Shown here piece after piece: positions 9,176-16,079 of a DNA stretch of 32,000 nucleotides (positions are counted from its first letter, which is position 1; each line of letters opens with the position of its first letter). A program made the position numbers and the translations under genes. The notes under the pieces were generated by a model. It was not told the DNA's origin. It did no database searches and saw only the letters and a list, made by a program, of their open reading frames with translations. The stretch is from Nitrospira sp. GTDB taxonomy: Bacteria; Nitrospirota; Nitrospiria; Nitrospirales; Nitrospiraceae. The stretch covers positions 37,586 through 69,585 of the forward strand of contig BQXA01000006.1 in NCBI GenBank assembly GCA_036984345.1, read 5' to 3'.

Positions 9176-9355
9176 ATGGCCATTGCAAAAGCTCCTTCGT
9201 TAGAACCATGCCACCCCCTGGAGACGCGCTGCGAGTGTGGGCAATTGATCGCCAAAGTCTGCAACCAGGGTCTTGAACTAAAGTGCAAACGATGTAAGCG
9301 CATGGTCGTCATCCCCTTCTCCTCAATCGAGGGTTGGGGAACCGGTCCATCCTAA
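9176..9355 (+). CDS. Small (59 aa) Com-like zinc-ribbon protein, absent from the supplied ORF track
   Basis: Runs from ATG 9176 to TAA 9353-9355. The translation is MAIAKAPSLEPCHPLETRCECGQLIAKVCNQGLELKCKRCKRMVVIPFSSIEGWGTGPS. The pattern 'RCxC..LIAKV....LELKCKRCKR..VI' resembles the phage Mu Com zinc finger (RCxxC..LLaK....iEiKCpRC). There is no obvious Shine-Dalgarno, so coding status is uncertain. Confidence 0.35.
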   Translation: MAIAKAPSLEPCHPLETRCECGQLIAKVCNQGLELKCKRCKRMVVIPFSSIEGWGTGPS

Positions 9356-9486
9356 GGTATTTGCGAAAGGAGGAAGCGCAGTCCTATTTGAAATTGTACT
9401 CATGCGAGTGTGTTGTTTTCTAGAAGACCAGAGACCGTCGAGTCCCGAGTCAAACCCATACACTTACTCATATATGGAGGATACCC

Positions 9487-10977
9487 ATGAAGATGCGGTT
9501 TATCCTCGGGGCTCTTCTGATCATCGGCTTATCGGCATCGCCGGTTTTGGCTGACAATTTGACCCCAGAGGAAATCAAAAAATTGGTTGATGAAGCAGTA
9601 GAAAAACGGCTTCAAGAACATGAACGGATGGAACGGCCGATGGAACGCTTGGAAGAGACAGCCCCTATGGACGAACCCGGGGTTGGTGCTCTTCCTAAAG
9701 TCGGCAAGGAGCGTCGTACAGACCGCCAGGCTCCCTTGTCGTTCGGAACAAGCGGATCAGGCCGGCTTATCTACGCCAAACCTTTCGTGTCATTCCCCAA
9801 AGCGATCGTCGGTGGCTATTTCGACCTTCAATATCGCATTCACCGCCAACCGGTGATTGAAACGGGCTATGGAGATATCAGAAACAATCAAGGTACAACA
9901 AATGGCTTTGACCAACAGCGATTTGTTCCGTTCATCTATGCGGATATTACCGAACATGTGAAATTTGCCTCGGAAATCGAAATTGAACATGGGATCCGCG
10001 GCATCAGCGACAACGAGATCAGTCTGGAATTCGCCCATATCGACTACCTGATTAATGAGAAAATCAACCTGCGAGGAGGTATCGTCCTCATCCCCCTTGG
10101 CAAATTTAACCTCTTGCACGATTCTCCCCTCAACGACTTAACGGATCGGCCGCTTGTCAGCCGGTTGATCATTCCGTCGACCATGGCGGAAACAGGCGCA
10201 GGTTTGTACGGAACGTTCTATCCTGGTCGCACCGGGAAACTAGATTATGAAGTCTACGTGACAACTGGTCCTTGCGGTTATCTCAATGACGGTACGCCCC
10301 GGATAAACGAGGAAAAGGGGACAGCGAATACTCGTCAAAGGAAATGTTTTTCTGATGACGGGTTCGACATCAATAACGGGAAGGCCGTCTCGGGACGTCT
10401 GGCGTTCAGTCCGATGCTGGGTGTGGAAGTCGCTGGATCCGGATATTTTGGAAACCAGTCCCCATCCAGTTATAACCCTCTGAGCATTTTTGCCGTAGAT
10501 TGGACTCTGCAACGGGGACCCTTTGAACTCATCGGTGAGGCAGCCTGGGCCCATGCACGAAACAACACTCGAGCCATCCCTGGAAGCACATTCAATGGAT
10601 TTTCACCGGGGTCCCTTCTAACCGGTGTTGGCACAATAAATCCTCTCGGCCTACCTCCCGAAAGGATGCAAGGCTTTTACATTCAAGGCAATTATCACTT
10701 CATGCCTTCGTTCCTCACGAAACTTTCCCCAAAACGTTTTGGTGAGGGTTCAACCTTCACGGCAGTCATTCGGTATGACCGAGTCAACTTGAACCTAGGC
10801 AACAAGGGTGAAAATGCCGGGGAATTGGAACAAATTTCGTTCGGTTTGAACTATCGCCCTGTCGAGGATGCCGTGGTCAAGATGAGCTATCAGTATCTGC
10901 CGAAATCATTTAACCCAAATGATGGACAGCGCATTCATGATAGTGCCTTTGTTGTTTCAGTCGCATCGTATTTTTAG
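9487..10977 (+). CDS. Outer-membrane beta-barrel protein, porin-like (resembles phosphate-selective porin O/P family)
   Basis: 496 aa with signal peptide 'ALLIIGLSASPVLA', an N-terminal coiled-coil segment, alternating beta-strand pattern and a C-terminal 'VSVASYF' aromatic terminus typical of OMPs. 'FAHIDYLINEKINLRGGIVLIPLGKFN' resembles the Porin_O_P core. GGAGGA lies 5 nt upstream of the ATG. Confidence 0.7.
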   Translation: MKMRFILGALLIIGLSASPVLADNLTPEEIKKLVDEAVEKRLQEHERMERPMERLEETAPMDEPGVGALPKVGKERRTDRQAPLSFGTSGSGRLIYAKPFVSFPKAIVGGYFDLQYRIHRQPVIETGYGDIRNNQGTTNGFDQQRFVPFIYADITEHVKFASEIEIEHGIRGISDNEISLEFAHIDYLINEKINLRGGIVLIPLGKFNLLHDSPLNDLTDRPLVSRLIIPSTMAETGAGLYGTFYPGRTGKLDYEVYVTTGPCGYLNDGTPRINEEKGTANTRQRKCFSDDGFDINNGKAVSGRLAFSPMLGVEVAGSGYFGNQSPSSYNPLSIFAVDWTLQRGPFELIGEAAWAHARNNTRAIPGSTFNGFSPGSLLTGVGTINPLGLPPERMQGFYIQGNYHFMPSFLTKLSPKRFGEGSTFTAVIRYDRVNLNLGNKGENAGELEQISFGLNYRPVEDAVVKMSYQYLPKSFNPNDGQRIHDSAFVVSVASYF

Positions 10978-10983
10978 GAACGT

Positions 10984-11010
10984 GGGGAGGTCGGTCGAGC
11001 CGACCTCCCC
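10984..11010 (+). other. Intercistronic GC-rich stem-loop (no U-tract)
   Basis: 'GGGGAGGTCGG' tcgag 'CCGACCTCCCC' forms an 11-bp perfect stem with a 5-nt loop. It lies 7 nt after the OMP stop and 17 nt before the next start. Likely an mRNA-stabilising or partial-termination element. Confidence 0.5.
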
Positions 11011-11027
11011 AAACACTCGAATAGGAA

Positions 11028-11486
11028 TTGGCCATGCGTATAACTCTTCTCCTTCCATTTCTTGCATTGACGGGTTGCGTTTCATTGAGCGGTAGCCGAG
11101 ATCATACCGTTGTCTGCCCCTACGACACGGTATGGGAAGCAGCATCAGAAACCATGCAAGGCTACTCGGTGAGCTCAGAGAACAAGACGAATGGGACGAT
11201 TGAAACTGCCTGGGTTGAAATGGAGGGGGAAAGACGACCTTACGGTCTCTTCGCGCGTGAGGGCTTCGGCAACCGTGAACGAGCCCGTCTCACGGTCGTC
11301 GTCAAGAACAACAATGGCGTATCCTCAGTGAATGTCCTCGAAACGAGGCAACGCTGGCATGCTAAAGGCGGGGCAACCCAACAAGCAACCAGATGGTGGC
11401 CGGTCGAGCCTTCAGAAGCAGTGCTGGACGAGATTACTACCAAGCTCAATGATCGCCTCAAAGAAAAAGGATGTGCAGGGACCTGA
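11028..11486 (+). CDS. Hypothetical lipoprotein
   Basis: 152 aa with the signal peptide plus lipobox 'LLLPFLALTGC'. I recognise no family. Confidence 0.7.
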   Translation: MAMRITLLLPFLALTGCVSLSGSRDHTVVCPYDTVWEAASETMQGYSVSSENKTNGTIETAWVEMEGERRPYGLFAREGFGNRERARLTVVVKNNNGVSSVNVLETRQRWHAKGGATQQATRWWPVEPSEAVLDEITTKLNDRLKEKGCAGT

Positions 11487-12157
11487 TGATTACCAGCCTT
11501 TTCCTTTTATTCATGACCCTTACCCTATTGCCGTCTCCCTCAAATGGCGCTGAACGGATCTGGGATAATGACCTCAAACGCTTTCTCACCGATCAGGAGA
11601 TGATGATGGCCGAGGTCTACCTTCAGGAAGAAGAGGGACTCAAAATTATGTTCCCGAATTCTGAGCGGGTTCGCAAGGAACTCATCTCGCTTAATCCTGA
11701 GAAGAAGTCCATCATTCAAGAACGTATCGGCTGGAAATTTCCGGAAGAATCATTTGAAGTCTATATCGGAGAATCCGGAACCCAGATTGACGGCTATGCG
11801 GTCGTACAAAATACCATCGGCAAACATAAACCCATGACCTACATGGTCGGTATCGATAATAGAGGCTTCGTCTCAGACGTTGAACTTCTTGTCTTCCGTG
11901 AAGCCCGTGGAAGCGAGGTTCGACAGAAGCGATTCAATGCTCAGTATGAAGGAAAGTCGGTCCTCGATCCGGTGCGCATCAACAAGGATATCATCAATAT
12001 CAGCGGTGCCACGATGTCCGTCAGGTCCATGAGTGCCGGAATTAAACGCGTGCTCGTGCTAATTGATGAGTTCTATCTGAAGCCCGCTGGAATCGGCAGC
12101 GACACACTAGCCGCCAAGAAGGACAAGGGGTTTTTCCCGTCGATATTTGGAAATTAA
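11486..12157 (+). CDS. Secreted FMN-binding-domain protein (NqrC/RnfG/NosR-type FMN_bind), predicted ApbE substrate
   Basis: Signal peptide 'MITSLFLLFMTLTLLPSPSNGA'. The domain block is 'GKHKPMTYMVGIDNRGFVSDVELLVFREARGSEVRQKRFNAQYEGK...DIINISGATMSVRSMSAGIKRVL'. It contains the S-G-A-T-x-S flavinylation core. The ATG overlaps the upstream stop (TGATG at 11484-11488). Confidence 0.8.
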   Translation: MITSLFLLFMTLTLLPSPSNGAERIWDNDLKRFLTDQEMMMAEVYLQEEEGLKIMFPNSERVRKELISLNPEKKSIIQERIGWKFPEESFEVYIGESGTQIDGYAVVQNTIGKHKPMTYMVGIDNRGFVSDVELLVFREARGSEVRQKRFNAQYEGKSVLDPVRINKDIINISGATMSVRSMSAGIKRVLVLIDEFYLKPAGIGSDTLAAKKDKGFFPSIFGN

Positions 12158-12182
12158 TCGAAGCGGACCCCGCGTCCCCGAC

Positions 12183-12692
12183 ATGCGTAACTTCAACCAG
12201 AAATTCAGACTTCGTGATTCCGATCGTCACATTCGGCTCTTATATACGTTGTTTCTGCTCTTGATGTTCGTCGGTTTTTGTTTTTCATTTTTTTGGGCAC
12301 ATAGCATGACCGGATTATCACCGCAAGGCATCGCTGAGCACTACCGAGGATCTGATGCGACCTTCGGCGAGCCGATGTCGTTCCGAGAACTGGCGGAGAT
12401 CACCCACTTCCATCTATTTACGATGCCGGTGGTCTTCATGATCCTGATTCACGTGATGTACCTGACCAGCGTCAGCCATACCCTCAAAGCGATCGTCACC
12501 TGGGCTGGGTTCGGGGGCGTGATGCTTGACCTCGCGTCACCTTGGCTGATCAGCTACGTCTCTCCTAGCTTTGTCCTGTTGATGCTGACCGGTGATACCC
12601 TGATGACGCTTAGTTTTTTGGTCATGATGGTGGTCCCTCTCTATGAAATGTGGATACTCGGACAACCGTTGATGGGAGGGAAGCGCTCCTAA
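12183..12692 (+). CDS. His-rich 4-TM integral membrane protein of unknown function
   Basis: Four hydrophobic helices with His in or near the helices ('FFWAHSM', 'EITHFHLFTMP', 'ILIHVMYL', 'SVSHT'). ATG 12183 is preferred over the TTG at 12147, which overlaps the upstream gene. Confidence 0.7.
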   Translation: MRNFNQKFRLRDSDRHIRLLYTLFLLLMFVGFCFSFFWAHSMTGLSPQGIAEHYRGSDATFGEPMSFRELAEITHFHLFTMPVVFMILIHVMYLTSVSHTLKAIVTWAGFGGVMLDLASPWLISYVSPSFVLLMLTGDTLMTLSFLVMMVVPLYEMWILGQPLMGGKRS

Positions 12693-12750
12693 GAAGCGAG
12701 ACCACCGGCATTAATTCTAGTCTTCTTTAGCGGCCAGCGGTTTTTCACCC

Positions 12751-12793
12751 AGAGCCCAGGATCACACCGATGATCCTGGGCTCTTTGTTTTTT
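12751..12793 (+). terminator. Rho-independent terminator
   Basis: AGAGCCCAGGATC (12751-12763), an 8-nt loop and GATCCTGGGCTCT (12772-12784) form a perfect 13-bp stem. TTGTTTTTT follows. It lies 59 nt after the 12692 stop. Confidence 0.85.
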
Positions 12794-12805
12794 GGAGGTG
12801 ACATT

Positions 12806-13486
12806 ATGCAGTTCGATACCGATGCGGTCGACGTTTCCCAAACGACTGTAATGAGACTTCAACGCATGCTCAAGAAGATCGACCGTGTCTGTCTTCCTCC
12901 AACATCGCGGCGTGATCTGGAGAGCATCCTCGTTCGGCAAGTGGCACACGAATTAGATCGGCTTCTCCCCTGGCAAGCGGGGCATGGACAGGCCACGGCT
13001 GCGATCGCACTGGAGCTCGGACGGGCCCTCCACCTAGAAGACGAAAAGTTGCATCAGCTCAGGTTGGCCTCTCTGCTACACGACATCGGTATTCTCATGC
13101 TTCCACCTTGCCTACAGAGCAGACGGGAGTGGCATGAGCCGGAGTCGTATGTGGCGATGCAGAATCACCCTCGCCTGGGCGCGATGCTACTGGAACCGTT
13201 TTCTTTTCTCCGTGAAGCCACGGTGATGATCGCCCATCACCACGAACGGTGGGATGGCTCTGGGTATCCCTATGGTCTCAGAGGGCAGCTGATTCCGTTG
13301 GGAGCGAGAATTCTCGCCATCGCGGATGCATTCGATGCCATACAGGTTCCCCATGTTCAAGAACGATCGCTCCGCGATCGCATCGCTCTCCGAATCCTTC
13401 GTGTCGCTTCGGGCACGCAGTTTGATCCCATGGTCGTCGAGACCTTAGAAGTCCTGGTTGCCGATGGTTATGCCAGACATGTCTGA
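12806..13486 (+). CDS. HD-GYP domain protein (probable c-di-GMP phosphodiesterase)
   Basis: Motifs 'LLHDIGILMLP' (HD) and 'HHERWDGSGYPYGL' (GYP). ATG 12806 is preceded by GGAGGTG. The track start at 12770 lies inside the upstream terminator hairpin and is rejected. Confidence 0.85.
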   Translation: MQFDTDAVDVSQTTVMRLQRMLKKIDRVCLPPTSRRDLESILVRQVAHELDRLLPWQAGHGQATAAIALELGRALHLEDEKLHQLRLASLLHDIGILMLPPCLQSRREWHEPESYVAMQNHPRLGAMLLEPFSFLREATVMIAHHHERWDGSGYPYGLRGQLIPLGARILAIADAFDAIQVPHVQERSLRDRIALRILRVASGTQFDPMVVETLEVLVADGYARHV

Positions 13487-13535
13487 ATCTCATCTCATTG
13501 GATCCACAGCCGGCGTCCGCCCTACGCCGGCCTCA

Positions 13536-13609
13536 AAGTGGGAGGCCCACCCCTCCCACTTTACCAGGCAAGGGTCCTCGCCTCCCGAGGACCCTTGCCT
13601 CCCATTTTT
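13536..13609 (+). terminator. Tandem hairpins downstream of the HD-GYP gene (probable terminator)
   Basis: Hairpin 1 is AAGTGGGAGG/CCTCCCACTT (13536-13561, 10-bp stem). Hairpin 2 is CAAGGGTCCTCG/CGAGGACCCTTG (13569-13597, 12-bp stem, 5-nt loop). ATTTTT follows 7 nt later, and that offset from the stem lowers confidence. Confidence 0.5.
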
Positions 13610-13763
13610 GCAGAGCAATTCCGAATCGACGAGAGCGCCGTACTTAGCCGCATGAGAAGAATGGAATCATCCACGAAGCGGCTTTCAGACGTAGCTCACA
13701 CGTGTGCATGGGGAGGATGGACGTTAGGTCAAGCTCAATAATCAACATAAGGAATGGTGCAGC

Positions 13764-15500
13764 ATGAGTTCTAACAGTATCGCGAAGCGAATGCAGACCT
13801 CTCTGGCATTGAGTGGCTCAATACTTTTCCTCGCAGGGGTAGTTGCATGCTCCGGAGAGGAAACATCCCCTCCCTCTCCATCTCTTGCCTCCACCGGAAC
13901 TCCCGGTGCTGAAGAGGCGGTCGGTGAACGTCTGTTTCTTGAAACTCGATTCGCCCAATCATTCAAGGTGTCTTTGGATAACGGCGGTAATATCAACGAC
14001 CCGAATATCAGTGACAGAGTCGTTGATACCGTTCAAACCATGGGTGCGCCGATCGACCCAGGGCCGTTCAAGGGTTTGTCCATGAATTGCCGGGCCTGTC
14101 ATTTAGTCGATGACGTGCTGGATTCGCCGGGAGGCGGCATGCGAACTTACACGGACCTTGCGCGACGCAGCCCCCTCCCGGCCAGAGCGGACGGCAAAAC
14201 TGTTGCCGTCCGCAATTCTCCACCTTTGGTCAACTCCACACTCAATCGACCAGGAGGTGTCCTGCTCCATTTCGATGCAGAGTTCAACTCAATAGAAGAG
14301 TTGGTCGCAGCTACCTTCACCGGTAGAAACTTTGGCTGGCTACCTGGAGAACGCGCACAGGCCATTGCCCATATCGCCAAAGTGGTTCGAGGGGATGATG
14401 GCTCCTTTGATCTAACCGACACGGGTTTATCCTACCGGATACTGTTTACCGGAACGAACCCGAACATTCCTGAAGAGTTGAGGCTGCCTCCTGAATTCCG
14501 CGCGTTCGTCGGCTCCTCGACTGACCAGGAAGTATTCGATGCCGTCGTCAAGGTCGTCGCCGCCTATGTCAACGGTCTCCTGTTCTCTCAAACCGAAGAC
14601 AGCGGAGCGCCGATCCGCTCTCCCTTCGATGTGTTCCTCGCAACCAACGGCCTCCCACAAGCCCCGGATTCCAACGAATCTCCCCTCAACTACAGCCGTC
14701 GCCTGCTACAACTGATCAACTCTCGTGAGTCGGCTGGTACGCTTCAGCTTGTCACCTCGAATCCCAATAGAACCGACGGTCAATTCCAGTTTCACACCCA
14801 GCCCTTCTCATTTGGAGCGCAGGAATTGACCGGGTTGAAGATATTTCTCGCGGAACCGGCGGCACTACCTGCCTCCCCAGAGGAACTGGAGATTGGGACA
14901 ATTGGGAACTGCCTTTCGTGTCATGCCGCACCGAATTTCACAGATTTCAAGGCCCATAATACGGGCATCACCCAGAAAGAGTATGACGAGATACCCGGAC
15001 ATGGGAACGGTGCCTTTCTCAATTTATCAATTCCCACACTTGCCACACGAACAGTTGATGATCTGCCGGCCACCGAACAACATCCGACGGCCGGAGAGCG
15101 ATTCCGTGCGGTTCCCGCTCCCGGTACGACGTTGACCGATCTGGGCCTATGGAACGTCTTTGCCAATCCCGACATGCCCGAGCCACAAGACAAGATCCGA
15201 AACATGCTCTGTGACGATGAGCAACCCTGCTCCATCGCTCAGAGCGAGCTTCTGAATCGAGCGATCGCCCGATTCAAGACGCCCGGGCTTCGCGATCTAG
15301 GGCATTCCGCGCCATTCATGCACACCGGTCAATTCGATACACTCGAGGATGTGATCAGATTTTATATTGAGATGGCCGATCTTGCTCGCGACGGCCAACT
15401 TCGGAATGGCGCCACCCAGCTACAGGGTATCTCGCTCATTGAAGAAGACGTCGTGTCGCTCGTTGCCTTTCTTACATCACTGAACGAGGACTATCAGTAG
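13764..15500 (+). CDS. Di-heme cytochrome c peroxidase / MauG-family lipoprotein (enlarged)
   Basis: 578 aa with lipobox 'LAGVVAC' and two heme c motifs, 'CRACH' and 'CLSCH'. The C-terminal block 'FKTPGLRDLGHSAPFMHTGQFDTLEDVIRFY' is typical of the CCP/MauG family. Confidence 0.8.
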   Translation: MSSNSIAKRMQTSLALSGSILFLAGVVACSGEETSPPSPSLASTGTPGAEEAVGERLFLETRFAQSFKVSLDNGGNINDPNISDRVVDTVQTMGAPIDPGPFKGLSMNCRACHLVDDVLDSPGGGMRTYTDLARRSPLPARADGKTVAVRNSPPLVNSTLNRPGGVLLHFDAEFNSIEELVAATFTGRNFGWLPGERAQAIAHIAKVVRGDDGSFDLTDTGLSYRILFTGTNPNIPEELRLPPEFRAFVGSSTDQEVFDAVVKVVAAYVNGLLFSQTEDSGAPIRSPFDVFLATNGLPQAPDSNESPLNYSRRLLQLINSRESAGTLQLVTSNPNRTDGQFQFHTQPFSFGAQELTGLKIFLAEPAALPASPEELEIGTIGNCLSCHAAPNFTDFKAHNTGITQKEYDEIPGHGNGAFLNLSIPTLATRTVDDLPATEQHPTAGERFRAVPAPGTTLTDLGLWNVFANPDMPEPQDKIRNMLCDDEQPCSIAQSELLNRAIARFKTPGLRDLGHSAPFMHTGQFDTLEDVIRFYIEMADLARDGQLRNGATQLQGISLIEEDVVSLVAFLTSLNEDYQ

Positions 15501-15552
15501 AAAATGCATATCACGTGGTAAAAGACTGCCTACTAGTGAGAAAGGTGTGAAT

Positions 15553-15777
15553 ATGAAATCCCGTTGCTCCTCAGATTCGTTCGTTATGACCTGCCGACGC
15601 TGTCACAAATTGATCTGCCACGAAAATCCCCAACTCTGGTGCATACGGTGTCGCGGGATCCACCGCCAACGAGGGCAAGCGAGAGGACTCGCCAGGTCGA
15701 TGAGGATTCGACGAATCAAGGCTTGGTTGAACAGGTTATTGAGAGAACTGAATGGACCACGACTAAACCCCGGATAA
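15553..15777 (+). CDS. Small basic zinc-ribbon protein (74 aa), hypothetical
   Basis: ATG 15553 is preceded by AAAGGTG. The product contains 'TCRRCHKLICHENPQLWCIRCRG' (CxxC...CxxC) followed by an Arg-rich helix. A strong terminator lies 50 nt downstream. Overlapping alternative ORFs exist in other frames. Confidence 0.35.
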   Translation: MKSRCSSDSFVMTCRRCHKLICHENPQLWCIRCRGIHRQRGQARGLARSMRIRRIKAWLNRLLRELNGPRLNPG

Positions 15778-15827
15778 TCGTTCACATTTGCAATTAGCAC
15801 GAAGGCGGCCAACAGGACTACACGTCC

Positions 15828-15870
15828 AGAGCCCATGGTTGTTTACCAACTATGGGCTCTTTCTTTTTTG
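15828..15870 (+). terminator. Rho-independent terminator
   Basis: AGAGCCCATGGTTG (15828-15841), loop TTTAC and CAACTATGGGCTCT (15847-15860) form a 14-bp stem with one G-U pair. TTCTTTTTT follows. Confidence 0.8.
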
Positions 15871-16079
15871 GAATAGGAGACTCCGACTCGGAACAGCGCG
15901 GGCTGGCACCACCGTTCGAAACAGAGATCTCCGATTGCTGAATGGTCTCAGAAAGGAGGGTATCAGCATGACAGGTTGAGAACTCACGTCCGGAATAATC
16001 GCGAGCGTAGATTCACCATATGTTCACAATAACTTGTGATGGCGGACATGGAACCCCATCCGAGGAAAGGAAGAAAAGA

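Noticed and set aside
9366-9486. Strong AAAGGAGG at 9366-9373 and a roughly 50-codon ORF from ATG 9402 overlapping the OMP start.
   Set aside because: No start codon lies within 5-12 nt of the SD-like sequence. The ORF from 9402 is out of frame with, and overlaps, the well-supported OMP gene. It is probably leader sequence.
15603-15836. 77-aa minus-strand ORF overlapping the small zinc-ribbon ORF.
   Set aside because: Its start codon lies inside the stem of the plus-strand terminator, it has no RBS, and the terminator orientation supports plus-strand transcription here.
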